Shown: positions 40,027 to 53,800 of the stretch, one piece after another
Layout: the number at the start of each line of letters is the position of its first letter
How positions within the stretch are numbered: the stretch's first letter is position 1
DNA from: Podarcis filfolensis
Taxonomy: Eukaryota
DNA: 64,000 nt
Assembly: GCA_964270895.1 (NCBI GenBank)
Contig: OZ185437.1
Direction: 5' to 3' (one strand)
Translations under genes and position numbers: made by a program
The notes under the pieces: generated by a model
Databases searched by the model: none
The model's input: the letters and a program-made list of their open reading frames with translations, nothing else
Told to the model about the DNA's origin: nothing

Positions 40027-41263
40027 GTAAGCATGTGTGTCTATAACCTGCACCAGGTGTGGAGAACTACAGCTTCCACTTTCCCTAGCCATTGGCCATG
40101 CTGGCTGAACTGTAACTCCCATCAACCCCAAGACTACCTCCGTGTGGCCAACACCATTTTTGTAATTTATCTTGGAAAATGTCTGCTAACTTTGACTGCC
40201 ACCTTGTGGTAACTGTATTGTGTCACGGTCTTATGTGTTTCATGAAGGTGCAGATATGGGAGGTGGAAGAAACTGGAAAGAAAAACTGCTGAAACTAGAA
40301 GTTTAATAAACCTTCTTGGATGCTTTAATGGGGAAGATGAGCCATTTTCTCCATTAATATTTTTGCTACAGTTCTTACTGCTTTGTGGAGCTGTAAAAAT
40401 CCAAACTGCCCTTCAGGCGAGCCACACAGTCCTGGTGAAATGTATTTGTGTAAACAAGAGCTTTCTCCAGTGCCTCCTCATTTCTTCTTTCCCTTAAAAG
40501 TGAGCTCAAAACTGGGGCCTGCATGTTCTTGCTCACATATGTAGTGTCTGTGACATTAAAAGCTGTTTTATATATACTGACAGGCTCTAAAAAACCTTGG
40601 AAATCAATGTCTGCATTATGAGGAGACACTGTGATGGGTGGTTTTGTCTCCACAAATTCATATATATATGAATGAACTGGTGCCTTCATGTCAGTGCTCC
40701 ATCCTGGCCCAGGTTGCAAAAGAACTGCAGTGATTTTTTTTGAGACACTAGTTATTAAAATCATAACCCGCTGTGTAGACAGCTTCCATGTAGCTACACT
40801 TGTTCACACAAACATTGTGTCCAAGAAATTACTGCCCAAACTCAAGCTCAGTGGCATTGTCACAGGATTTAGCCATGCATGTGAAGTGGCTTGTAGAGTT
40901 TCCCATGTTCCCACAATGCAGGCCATATGTTACTGCTGTCCCTGCCTGTAGAAGGAGATTGAGCAGTTGCCACACAGCAGCTTTCAAAATGTATAGACGA
41001 GAATGTTGCAGAGCAAGAATCTTTGAATCCCTCTGCAATGAAATGGAAAGGATTCTTGTTTCCTCAACATAAATTTAGTTACATATAAATTAAATCACTG
41101 ATTTGGACCATCGTAGGTAGAAAAATTTACTAATACTGGTTTATGCATGTTGATTCCATGTGGCTTGCCTACATTTGTCTATCACGTACACAGGTGTTCT
41201 ACTTAGAACATAAAACAGTAGTCTCAATACATACAGAATACTTTGTTTTTTTGTTCTCAACAG

Positions 41264-41441
41264 ATCTTTTGGAGGATTTGCCAATGCTAAAAAGAACCAG
41301 GATGAAATACTGGCACTTGCTGAAAGTCTGAAGCGGGATGGAAAAACTTTTCAAGAAAAGGTCTATTATACTGCTGGCTATGATAGTCCATTTAAATTGC
41401 TGAACAGACACAATGAAGTTTGGCTTATCAGGAAAAGCTAA
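41264..41441 (+). CDS. HEBP2: HEBP2 terminal coding exon
   Basis: ctcaacAG|a; SFGGFANAKKNQDEILALAESLKRDGKTFQEKVYYTAGYDSPFKLLNRHNEVWLIRKS*; total CDS 570 nt = 189 aa. Missing from the ORF track. Confidence 0.96.
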
Positions 41442-41588
41442 AACCTCAACAATTCAGATTATAGCCTTAATAACCATAAGTGTCCTTAACTAAATATATT
41501 TCCTAATATTTTCCTACTTAGCCCATTGCCTTAATATCTATCAGTGCCAATATAATACTTGTTTCGCAGTGTTTATATATAACTATAT

Positions 41589-41594
41589 AATAAA
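41589..41594 (+). terminator. HEBP2: Probable HEBP2 poly(A) signal
   Basis: First AATAAA, ~150 nt after the stop codon. Confidence 0.55.
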
Positions 41595-41899
41595 ACTTCC
41601 AAGTGGTTTACAAAAATGTAAGATGGCTGTATAGGTTGCTATAGTGTGGCTGCATGTGCAGCCATGCATCAGAGTGAACATGTGACCAAACTGTCTCTTT
41701 CTGCAGGCAATGTCTCTGTCCTTATAGCTGGCTCAACTCCACTGACGTCAGTATGGGAACATTATAGCTTCTAAACTGCTATGCAGATTCCATACTCCTA
41801 AGGCATGGGTAGGAAACAAGACATAAGCAGTTCTCAGTTGATTAGGGTGGTGGAAGGTAGGAATGCACAGATCTCTGATTTTAACTAACGCATGTTGGG

Positions 41900-41980
41900 C
41901 ACAAGATTCCTGCGTTGCAGAGAATTGGACTCGATTACCCTCGTAGTCCCTTCAGTCTCTCCAATTCTGTGATTATATGT
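41900..41980 (+). mobile_element. CR1 LINE 3' terminus
   Basis: gattcctgcgttgcag...ttggactcgattaccctc...gtcccttc...ctcc.aattctgtgatt matches the CR1 3' end and ATTCTRTG tail. Confidence 0.7.
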
Positions 41981-44193
41981 TCCTTTTTACTGCAGCCTTT
42001 TAAAAACAGTAGTTAAAGGGTCCACTTCAAAAGGAAGGAAGCCAGGCCTCTTCAGATGTCCTGTAATACAGTTATGGTCTCAATGGCCTAATTACTAGGG
42101 CATTAAGGACCTCCATTGTTGCCCCTTCAGTAATCAGATTCTGGGGTAGAAAACTGATGCTTTAATGGGGAAAAGGGGCTTATTGTAACCTTTGTAATAT
42201 TTTAAATAATATTTTGTAATATTTTTATCCATATTACTTCTCAAAGTTACAGGAATCATTTAAAACCTTTACCATTTTGATATCTAAACTGAGACTAATT
42301 TAGATCACGCTGGCATTAGTTTTAAGTTTTTGACTTTGGGCACTTGAAAGGAGGGGGAAATGGCCCTCCAACCAATCATGTGCCTGCCTTAATGTTCCTT
42401 CTCACATTATAGATACATCAAGAGATCTTTCACAGAAACCTATGTGCCATGTTGCCACAGGGAAGATGCAGCGTAGGTCAGCTGGAGGGTGGTGCTGGAA
42501 TAGCCACTTACATGGGCATATTTTCATGGGGAAGCCAACATGTGGTGCCCATTCTCCAATACTTTATATTAAATGGACAAACTGTGTAATTTTCAGCACA
42601 TTAAAATATTCAGTTATTAGGCTTTTGAGGGCTTTTCGCCTTTGGAATTTTCTAAGGTGCTATATAATAATTTTAAAGTTGTATAAAGTGTGACTTTTGT
42701 AAAACCAAAATGTTAAATCAAATAATTGACACTGAAAACTTCTGATACTGATGTTGCCAAACTGTAGTGCTGCTCCTAGCAAATAGATCACACACGTGAA
42801 GACGTATCAAAAGTAATATGAAGGGGTAGTGGTTACTTGCACATTTAAGTTTTAAGCTCTGAAATGTCGCTAGCCAGAAAAGCCTTGCGCTTGTACTGAA
42901 CACACTGATGAGCTTTAAAGTGGACTTGAAACCTTTTGACAGGCTGTCAATCTTTAGAAAGATATAGCATCTATGGGAACGTGTGAATTAACAGGAAAGG
43001 CTGAATGTTGTTACTTTCTTATACAGTTAGCTTTAAAAAAAATTTTTGCCACTTAATGTATCTGCTAATGTGAGATGCTAATAGTCTGTGCAATCTATTT
43101 ACACTAGCAGCTGTGACAGATGAATGGAAAACACAATGGATGTTTTCTTAGCACCTGCTCTAACAGAAACCAGCAGCTTTATTCAGCTGCAGAGAGAAAT
43201 GCTACAAAGCTGCCTATTTCAGTGGTAATAATATAAATAATGTGTCCCATTGTCGCCAATAAAATTTGTCATTAATAAATACAACTAATTTTTTAAAAAA
43301 TAGTTTCCTTTGTTCTGAGGATATCATAATGGTGTATTTTTCCAGCATCCATAAACATGAGGCTTTGGGAAGCAAAAAGTGTTCATTTATCAATTCCCCC
43401 CTTACTTTGTAACAATTTACATGTTTTAGAATATATAGGACACAACATGAGTTAGAGGAGAGAAGAGGGGCAACTGTGCAGTTCCCTGAAAACAACCATT
43501 AGACACACTTAGGGCTGGATTCAACAAATGCAGCACACTAGCAGAAGCCCCTGCTAGCTCAATGGGGTCTTCCTCATTCCCCCATGCCTCCCCCAATCCA
43601 CTCTGGAGGATCAGCAGAACCCCCAGAAGAGTATATGGGGTGCAAAGATGGGGGCAGGATCTTCCTGTTTGGCAAACAGAAATGCTTGTGTTGATGGAAC
43701 GATGAGAAGAGTATGATGTTGAATTCCTCCCTGAGCAAGGAGAGCAGAAAAAACGTATTGCTGTGCAGCTTAGGAAGCAGAGGCTCAGTCATGGAACTAT
43801 ATAGGGCATGGTCCACTAAATCTAATAGCTGTGATCCAGTGGCCTCAGTTTACACACAGGGAGATACCATTCCTATTTGAGAGAGTCTAACTTTTGGCAC
43901 ACCTAATGGGAAATCACCATATTTGCACAAAGAGCTTCTCTTGAATAGAAAACTGTGTTAGGGGCTTTGGATTTTGACCAGCAGGCTCAATCCCATCTAT
44001 GCCTCCTTGTGGTTGATCAATTCTTACCCCCTTTAGTAAGACCATAAGCATGTGTTCAGACCTACCTATTCCTCGTGTTCAAGCCTGCCACAAACCCTTG
44101 CTCTGCCAGGCTAGCATTCAGTATAACAGCACCCCCAGATTTTCAAGTGTTGCATTATTAAGTCTAGCCACAAGATGACAAATGGCAGCCTTG

Positions 44194-44199
44194 TTTATT
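44194..44199 (-). terminator. NHSL1: Candidate NHSL1 poly(A) signal
   Basis: Minus-strand AATAAA ~1.5 kb after the stop at the end of a U/AU-rich tract; alternatives at 44633-38 and near 43180. Confidence 0.35.
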
Positions 44200-45714
44200 G
44201 ACGCAGTCACAGGATTGTCCCCATCCCCTTCTCGAGTTGAGTGAAGGCCACTAAAATTTATAGAACTAACAAATAACAGAGATGGAGAGAAAAAGAGCCA
44301 AGTGTTTTTCATCAAAATAAATTATCTACATAGAGGAGGGTTGTTTTTTTTCTTTAAAAAAATGTAAAAATGTAAAAAGTCCAACACTGGTAGGGCAAAG
44401 GCTACCTCAAGAACTTGTATTATGTACAAACATTATAAAAACAGAAGACTAGCAACTTATTCAAAATTCATTTTCCAAAAAAACCCAACAATCCTGTGAT
44501 CAAAATCACAGCTGATATTTTAGCTATCAGTTATATTCTTTACAAATAAGAAAGTTATATATATATATCTATATATTTAAACACACTGGTAAAGACTCAA
44601 TAAAATTAAGCAAAGTCTCCTAAATTGTTAAGTTTATTTTCCCATATCAAGGAGATGCTGACTGTAGACAAAAAAGTAAAACTAATTGTAGTGTATTCTT
44701 TGGTAACCAAAAGTTAGCAAGTGTTTCAATATTCCAAGTGATATGTTGCTTAAAACTTTCCCATTTTGACAAATATAAGAAAAACTGGTAATTCCCAGTT
44801 TAATCGAAAAGAAAAGGGTACCATTTGCAGTTATATACTATAAGCTCTCAAATCGAGAAGTTAATGGCCATTTGCTTATTATTATTATTATGCCGCACCC
44901 CATCCCAGATTTACCTACATCTTCTTTACAAATCGGCAGCCATTTATTTTAGGTCTTCTATAGGACATCATAACTTCCATTCAAAGAAACAAATTCACCT
45001 ATGAGGTTTTTTTCTTAAGAACCCAATAGATGGACTGTAATATACCCACACAGCAGCCACTTCTGTATTACAATAGTGCTTCTTTCCTATTGCGTTTTTT
45101 AAAAAACAGGAATTCAGAATCTGGTCAGCCTGTTTGTTATGCTATCATGACATGGTTAGACCAGCAGAGGACCCCCTACACAAGCTAGAAGAAACAGTGG
45201 GACAACAGCCAACACGGCTAACTACTAGGCCACATATTCTATCATTCTCTGCTCAAAAGAGATTACTAGGTTTCATAAATATAACACTTTGAAAGCTGCT
45301 GCCACCCTGTACCACAGAAGCTCCCCATTTTCTCTGTAGGCTTAATTTTCTACACTCTTAAAAAAAAAAAAAATCACACACAACCCAGAATCTGAAAATA
45401 TTAGTTTCTGTTTTTTTTTTCTAAAGGATTTTAATGCTTTAATGGACTGATCTGACTTAGTTCCATTTAAACTAAAAGTCACATCCATTTAAACTAAAAA
45501 TCGCATCCCATCGAGCCACATAGAGGTATCAGTACTGTAGCATATCAATTACTACATTCTAAATACTTGGCGAAGTAAATTGTACTGATTAGGGCTTCCT
45601 GCTAAGTCTGGATCATTTTGTATACCTTATGAAACCTGTGACATCATAGTGCCTTCTTAATCCTCACCCTTTTTTCAGTTGTTGGCATACATATTTCATT
45701 AAAATAATTTTGTA

Positions 45715-46366
45715 TCAACCAGTTATCAAGTCTGGGCGAGTTGTACTGTTCTCACTGGAGCCCACATCTTCATTAATGTCCATTTCATCACTGTCAAACA
45801 CATCAAATTGTTCCTCGTCTAAAGACCTACAAGTTCTGCTTTCTGCAGGTTCAAATGGTTCCACATCTCCCTCGCTGATAACAGTCATAGGGCTACTCTG
45901 GATCCTGTTTCGAACATTGTATTTGCTACTTGCAGCAGATGGTGGGGTTCGAGACCTGCCGTACCTGGCGCTGGAAAAGGACAGACTTCTTGGCATCAGG
46001 CCTTCGCTCTTGGCCCATTCTTCCTGGGCCCGTCTGCTCTTGGTAGGAGAACAACTTGTGCTACTGTCAGTGGGCTCCCAGGAAGAATCTGCCTTGGCTC
46101 TTTGAAACCTTGGGTCTGTGTTTTTTAGCATCTCTGCTGCTGACATGCGAGAACTGGTATCTGAACGGCTCCCTTTTTTAAGCAGTAGTGCCTTGAAGTT
46201 GTCATTGCTGGTGCTACTTTTGCGAATATTTCTTTGAATTGATCCTGCCTGTTTAAGGGAAGCCAGATTTGGAGAAGCACCAGTGGGTGTAACAGGGGGT
46301 GACGGCGAATGATTTCGGGTATGATCATCCTCAGAGTCTTTGCGGCCAAGGACTTTCCTTTTGGAT
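45715..46366 (-). CDS. NHSL1: NHSL1 terminal coding exon
   Basis: Acceptor aatcatAG|a; SKRKVLGRKDSEDD...NFKALLLKKGSRSDTSSRMSAAEMLKNTDPRFQR...RIQSSPMTVISEG matches recalled NHSL1; TGA at 45715-17; merges track ORFs 46125-46394 and 45715-46146. Confidence 0.95.
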
Positions 46367-47465
46367 CTATGATTTTAACGTAGAAGAAAAACATAAAATC
46401 AGTATTAGCCTCTCACTTCAATGCTTTTCCTATTTCACATATGAATATTGTAACAAGCAAGCAGATGAATATAAACTATTACAGAAATTAGTAGGAAGAT
46501 ACTGGAAACAGGAATGGTGACATTCTGATAACAGGAGTCTTGTTCTGAACTGTTTTCTCCAGTACAGAACTGAATTAATCCAATTTACTTGCAAGTTACA
46601 ATATTTCTTTTCTCATTAATATTTTGCAAAGCAAATATTTGAATCTTGCTAAATTGTATTTTCTTAATTAAAACAGCTTTCCAATATAGTAGCGTCCTCC
46701 AAATATTCTAGCTACACTTGTCAAGGTGTTCCAAATGAAATTGCCAAAGGGCGTGAAATTAATGAAGCCTAAATGAAATCCACATGCTCTGTGGGGAGCT
46801 AGGAACATAAGAAGCATTTTACTGTATCAAAAGTAATTAGCACATAGGGCATACTCTGAAGCTTCATCTAAAAGCAGTTGCATTGACCTGCAAAGAAGGG
46901 AAAGGACATCCCTTAAAAACAACAAATTAATTTGTATACAGGGGAAATCAGAAAGTGTATAGGATAAAACAAGGAGCTGGTAAGTGATTAACAAAGATGG
47001 TAAAGTACATGTAGTATTCCTTTCAAGTTAACACCAATCATATATTAATGCCGTCCAAACACTCCAACACATTTAAAAATGGTACTGATAACAAAATAAT
47101 ATCACTTTTGAAGAAAGCCTTATGTAGATTCACAGTTTAGAAGAAAAGACTGAGAAGTATGTTCACTTGTCAGTCTCTAGGAAGAAACCTCAACCCAAGA
47201 GTCTTGGACTATTGTGTGCCCCTTTGCCTATCCAGAGGGAGAACATAAATGGGCTGGGCTGTTCTATATTTATTTAAATGCTATATATATAACTGACTAT
47301 GAAGTTTTTTAAAAGGGGGGTTGCAGAGATACTGCATACAAACAAATATTGGAAAGTGGATAAACACTTTCCTGGGTTAAAATAAACATGCCTAAACTAT
47401 TTGATGATGCATATAGACATGCGTGCCTATACTGAAAATGAGTTTCCAGTAAAGTCTAGCATAAT

Positions 47466-47807
47466 AAGATAAAGGGATCCCCTGACCATTAGGTCCAGTC
47501 GTGACCGACTCTGGGGTTGCGGCGCTCATCTCGCTTTATTGGCCGAGGGAGCTGGCGTACAGCTTCCGGGTGATGTGGCCAGCATGACAAAGCCTCTTCT
47601 GGTGAATCAGAGCAGCACACGGAAACGCTGTTTACCTTCCCGCCGGAGCGGTACCTATTTATCTACTTGCACCTTGACATGCTTTCGAACTGCTAGGTTC
47701 GAAGAGCAGGGACCGAGCAACGGGAGCTCACTCCGTCACGGGGATTCGAACCACCAACCTTCTGATCAGCAAGTCCTAGGCTCTGTGGTTTAACCCACAG
47801 CGCCACC
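47466..47807 (-). mobile_element. Near full-length Sauria SINE in NHSL1 intron
   Basis: Tail aaagggatcccctgaccattaggtccagtcgtgaccgactctgggg; reverse B box at 47742-52; possible TSD agcata (47458-63, 47808-13). Confidence 0.93.
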
Positions 47808-48057
47808 AGCATAGCAGTAGCCAAAATGTTGGAATCCAATTCCCATTATCCCTTATAATTGGCCATGTTGGATGGGGGATGCTATGTTCATTACCCCTGG
47901 TTGGGGTACCGATAAAATCATTTTCAAACTGAAAATGGCCAAGCCAAAGCTGGGATTTCAAGAAAAATTAGGGGAAGGGAAGGACCACCTTCTCCATGTT
48001 TATTTCAGTTCACTGAGAATGAGATCAACTTGTGGTTTAAGATCACAAAAGGACCAC

Positions 48058-48221
48058 AGGTCAGTGGTAGAGCATTGGCTTTGCATGCAGAAGGTTCCAG
48101 GTGCAAATCCTGGCATCTCCAGCTAGGCCTGAGAAGGACTCCTTACTGGAATCCTGGAGAGCCACTGCCAGAGTAGACAACAAATATCTGACTCTGTGTG
48201 AAGCGGCTTCCTATGTTCCTA
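48058..48221 (+). mobile_element. tRNA(Ala)-derived squamate SINE (Squam3-like; name from recall)
   Basis: tRNA-like head tcagtggtagagca...tgcatgcagaagg..ccaggt..aaatcc, body ggagagccactgccag, tail gcttcctatgttccta. Confidence 0.8.
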
Positions 48222-50192
48222 AAACGCAGAAGAAAAATGAGAGCTATACGAATGTGGACTAGCAGATAAATTTGAAAATTTTGGGGTCAGCAGATGAAAG
48301 ATATATAGTACTATGTAACTAGTAAAAACATGTTTTCAGGACTTATTCTTATGTACATTTCACACAAAATACACAGTTTGTATAATTGTGCAATACAGAC
48401 CAAGCCCCTTGCGAAAAACAAAGAACACCATCCATAGAAAATTAGATGTCCTTAAAGACAATTGAAAACTATGGGACATAACTACATTATAAAATTATGC
48501 CCACGTTATTTTATTCTATGATTCTCTCCAGTCATAATTGGAAGTTTCATACGACATTCACAGCCGAAGTTTGCACTGTGAGACCCAACAGCATGATAAG
48601 TAAACACCAGCTTGTGGTGTTATCAGTTAATGTATGTCGGTATCCATGGGATGTATCCTCACTCAGTATCTAATTTGAAAGTGGCTGTGCAATCACATCT
48701 CAGGTGTTTCCAAAGGATGTTTGCCAGTTTTGTAGTCAACATGGTCAGGGCTTATTTGTTCTCTTACAAGGAAGACTGGGGAGGAAGGTGAGAGAAGAAT
48801 GTAAACACTCTTCCCCTACTCACAAATGCAATCTGTGTCTCACATATACACACTGCTCTTTTCCCACACAAAGATGAATGTTTCTCTTGAATCCAAGAGT
48901 TATTTAGGTATACCCATGGACTTGCCATGTGTGGTGGGAATTGTTATTTTTCTCTAAATATAGCAAACTCCTGTGCCATATTGCAATTCACTTCCTTTCA
49001 GTGCCTTTTGGAACTAGTTGAGTGGTGTCTTCAGTCTTGGTCTATATATGTTTAGTAATGGGAAATATGTAGGGTAGTGGGAAACACGTTACTCTGAAAT
49101 GCACAATTGTTTGCCATGAAAGGATATCATCCTAGAAGCAAAACTTTTCTACCCTGCAATATTTAACACTACAATATATAAACTGTACAATATATAAACA
49201 TGACCCAAAGTTCCCAACACAGAGCATTCCCAACCTATACTCACATAACATAATGAGAACATATTTGTGCCACTTTCAATTACACTCCCCAAAGATGTTC
49301 CAATTCGTAGAGAGAAAAAAATCACCACAAGGTGGCACCAGTAACACACATTAGATATTCCAAGTCAAGATATGTCACTTTCTTTTTAGGGCATTTCCTG
49401 TCTGCCCCCTCTAGCTAAAGGTATCTTAAAGTATTTTTAAAAATGGGTTGCATTCTGAAGATCTGTAATCAAAGATATCGTCTAAAGAACCATAATTATT
49501 TGTAGAGATTCATTTGCATTTGTTTAGCCTTGTGAAATGTGTTCATCCGTTGAACTTCCTCCCTTCCTTTAATCAGGAGAGAATGATTGGGGTTAGTCTG
49601 TATTGCACATTCGAAACGACAGATCAGTGTGTCACAGAAATAGCTCATCTTCAACTGGATTATGGCAATCTATAATCCAGCTACTGTCATATGTTTTGCC
49701 ATATGACGGATAGATCATGTTTACTTGCCAGTTTAAGCCAAGCTTGCCATGAAGCATTAGAGTTGAGCCTCTGTCCCAAACTGCACCATATAATCAGCAG
49801 AGAAGAGGGGGGAAAAGAATGGAGGGTAGAGGAAATGAAAACAAAAAGATACACAAAGAAAGCAATAGTATATGTTAAATCAAGCAGATTTGAGAGAAAC
49901 AGTACAATACAAACAAGGGATCACTTGACATTCACAGAAGGGCCAGAGGCTGACAATTTTACCAAACTTGATTTTGCTGCCAGCAAAGTTTAGTTTCAGA
50001 ATTAGTTGGTTGCAAAGCAATGAAAGGTGCATATATGAATAATCTATTTTAACTACATATTACCAGAAACTAAAGTGAATTTTTTTTGAAAAATAAAATA
50101 ATAATCATTAGCATTACATATTATATAAGATATATTTAAAACTCTTAAGGGATAATGGATAAAGCAACACAAATAAGGCAATTAAACAATAC

Positions 50193-50322
50193 CTGTGAAT
50201 GGCTGCAAAAAGATCCTCAGTAGTCCTTGGTCTGGTTGGCACTGCCACCACCTCACTGTCTTCTCCATAACTAGGGCTTTGCAGTAAAAAGCTGTTTGCT
50301 GCATCTGATTCAAACCCATCAG
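50193..50322 (-). CDS. NHSL1: NHSL1 penultimate coding exon (130 nt)
   Basis: ttgcattttAG|ct ... cacag|gtattg; encodes ...PTRPRTTEDLFAAIHR, the conserved NHS-family motif. Missing from the ORF track. Confidence 0.95.
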
Positions 50323-50837
50323 CTAAAATGCAATAAGTAAGAAAATTATGTGGGATTATAAACTCGCAATATCTGAAGAATTAAGAGTTAAGTAGCCGAC
50401 GGGGCAATAAAGACTGTAAATTTCCCTAAAAATACACAACACAGCCATGCTTCTGCCTTTTTACTGATGGCAACAACAAAATTATTTTGAGTAACTACAT
50501 TCTGTGCAAAGCTATTTATTTGCTTACAAGGAACATAACATTGACATTTCTGGATTCCCTAATCCCTACCCCATGGCCATCATTATTGTCTCAGTTTAAA
50601 AATCAACACAACAGAGATTTGGTTGAGAAATCCCCCTTGACAATTGTTCTCCTTAAATAAAGAAGGCAGTGCAGATTCTTTACACACCATTAGCCCAAGT
50701 TCTATTATTTCCCTTAGGATCTGCATGCATTTGCACCGAGAGTGTTACACTGATGCCAATGCTGCAGCCCTCCCTATCCCCCTCCCAAATAGGTCTAGTC
50801 ACTAAATATACTGGATGAAAATAGAAAACAGACTTAC

Positions 50838-53800
50838 CACTTTCATCCCCTTGAGATGCATGCCTGTCTCCTCTAGAGACACTGTCTCCAATTCTGTTGG
50901 AACTGCTTCGTTCGCACAAGCAAGGCTGCTCCTCCTGCTTGGGCTGCAGCACAGAAATGCTGACTTCCAGTGTCTCACAGGAGGTGGAACCTGCAGCTCC
51001 TCCTTCTGGAACCAGGCTGCCAGAGTCCATTTCATAGGAGCAGAGTCCATCTGTAGGATAATCCTCAGCCTGGCTGTACTGTGCAATGGCAGCATCCCCT
51101 GGAGCGATTCTGACTGTTTCACCCACTCCAGCTATTTTTTCTGCTGTAACATCGGGTTGTGGGGGTGGCACAATCAGGAACAGTTTGGGTTTCTTTGAAA
51201 CAGGTGGCGGCTTCTTGTTTGGCGATACACCCTGAGGCTTGTGGAGACATCCTGGCTGTCCCTCAAGAGATGAGCTTGCAAGATCAGAGCAAAAACCCTG
51301 TGCTGCTTCTTCAACACTGGCTGGTGGCAAATCACTGGCAAAGGAATTAGCTAGACTGCCTGCATTTCCAGGCATTGTACCACTCGAAAGTTCATAGTTA
51401 CCACAGAGTCCTGGGTAAGATCTCTGATTGGGACTGTAAACAAAGGTATTGTCAAAAGCACCATGGGGTTTCACTTCACCTTCTTCCAGGCTGTCGCAGT
51501 GTCCTACTGATACACCTGGTTTTATAGGCAGCTGTCCTGAAAGCACATCAGTTGATTTTTCCTGAGAATTTATGTCAGAAGCAGATTCAACTGGCTGTTC
51601 AACCTCTGACACCACAGTTTTCTTCACGGACCTCAGCTGTACCATTTGCAGTGCTTGGGTGGTTACTAGAGGCATTGAAGGCCTGGCGGGATCCTCCTTT
51701 TTCAAGGATGCTCTCTTTATTGTACTGTGAGAAGAACCTTCCTGATTATATTTCTTGAAAGAACATGGTGCATTTTTGTATGCACCTTTTGTGAGTTTGG
51801 GGTCCAAGGGGGGTGCTGGTGGAGGAACTGAAGTAGGGACAGGAGGTGGAAGGGGAGGAGATGGAACAGGCGGTGACGAGGGAGAGAAATGATCCAACGA
51901 AGGGTCTTGCGGTAGGTAATTAAACCATGGGATACTTTGAGAAAACGATATGTTTATAACCGCTTCTGGTGGAGGCGGTGGGAAGTTGGGAGATCCAGGG
52001 GGAGGCGGCAGATCCATAACATCTGTTGAGGGAGGTGGTGGTGGTGGAAGAAGGTACTCAGAAGAGTCTGGAGACGAAACCAGAGGGAAGCTTGGGCCAG
52101 AGTCAGATTTCTTCACACTCCCACTCCCTTCAGCAGATGTATTAGAAGAGAGGGATGTGGAGGAGGAAGACACTGAAACCGAAGACAGAAGGGATGACTT
52201 TCTTTCAGGCACTTTAGGTTTCAGCTTGGGTTTCCCGTTTCCTGTTGACATAGATTTCAGAATGACAGGCACTGGTGTAACTGCTGTGGGTGTGTTGGAT
52301 TGGCTAGAATACCCACTAGATGGTGATGTAACCCTATGTGGCTTTTCTGGAGAAGTGGTCTTTGGTTTGGCCAACCCGCTGGGCACCTGTGGTGTAGAAG
52401 CCCTTGACCCATCGTTAAGGCGGCTGACATTATAATCATTTAGCCTGGGTCCAGCATTAGCCGAATGAACTACTGGGGATTTCAGCTGATCCTCTGGCAT
52501 CCCAGGACAATCGCTGTAGTAGCCCCACTGGTCAGCATACTCTGACCTGATGCTGCTCGTCTCGCTCTGGGAGGGTGTGACAGTACAGATGGAGTACATG
52601 TTCAGGCCTGTTCCAGACATCATGCTGCTACTGGCGCTCACCGAGCTCTGACTACGAGAGCGTAGCACCCAAGGGTCATCATAATCACTGCAGGGGCTTT
52701 GAGATGGTGAGCTGCCATTTTTGCACTTGAGGTTCAACTGTAGGGAGTGTTGGAGGCTAGCAATCAACATGTCATCCAATACCTGCCCATTGGACTGAGT
52801 TTTCTTCTTGGGGATCCTTCTAAGAGAGTCTGTTCGGGATGGCGGCAGAGGCGGTTTCTTTGCCTTTTTAAAGGATATGCTTCGTGAGAGGGATTTGTCG
52901 CTGTAATTCGACAAGTCTCCCAGAGATTTCTTCTCAGTGCCATCAAACACATTAATGACACTGTGCCTGGGGTTTCCAAAGCCGTTATTGCTATTGCAAG
53001 TTTTGCCAGACTTGAGTCCCGAGTCCATGTGCATGGAAGTGTAATAGCCATCATGGTCCACAGAATATAAAGAGCTTGAGTCTTCTTTGGCAGAGACTCT
53101 TTCAAGGCTGCTGGTACTCAGGTTGCTCACAGGCGTGGAACAGCCTGGAGTGGCACAGTTTAGTTTGTGTAACAACACCTCTTCCTTTCCAGAGCGCTTC
53201 AAACCACAGTGCTCTGTGCTGTTCTGGACCTGGCTCTGTGTTTTGTCAACAGAGTAATTTGATTCACTCCTACTGTCACTGTCCTGAGAGTGGGTTGGAA
53301 AACTGAGATTACTCCTACTGCTGTAGGTCATACTTTGAGGGACATTTTCCACAGCTCCTGCACCGCTGAGAGAAACTCCTGAATCTCCAAGACTGAGCAC
53401 CATTGCAGCATTCGATGAAACAGCAGTGTCTGAGGAACGCAAGTGATGTGTTGAACTGGTCTCACTCCAGGTCCCACTAGAGGAATGCTGTTGATCTTTT
53501 GTGCCTACCATGCTGTTGACAACAAGATTGTCTCTAGGTTTTGTATATGAAGAAGGGTTGGTGATTTTACTATCCATCGCGCCTGCACTCTGTGTGGTGT
53601 GAATCACAATAACCTCTGAAGAGGATGATAGGGTTGCATTTGGTATAATGCTGGTTGAATACATACTATGTGGAGAGACCATGCATGCTAGACTTTCTGT
53701 TTGGTCACTCTCAGAGCCCTTTACCTCTTGGGACTTTGGCCTTTGAAGCATACCTGTCCTACTGTTGTTCCTCATGTGGTCTATGCTATCATCCACTTGC

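Noticed and set aside
45710-46105. 131-aa + strand ORF, and similar ORFs at 50815-53306
   Set aside because: Antisense shadows of NHSL1 coding exons.
48061-48120. tRNA-Ala-like sequence
   Set aside because: No full cloverleaf; runs into a SINE body and tail.
50680-50837. C-terminal KSVFYFHPVY...WANGV of the 1145-aa ORF
   Set aside because: Intronic read-through past the GTAAGT donor; the next exons join in frame.
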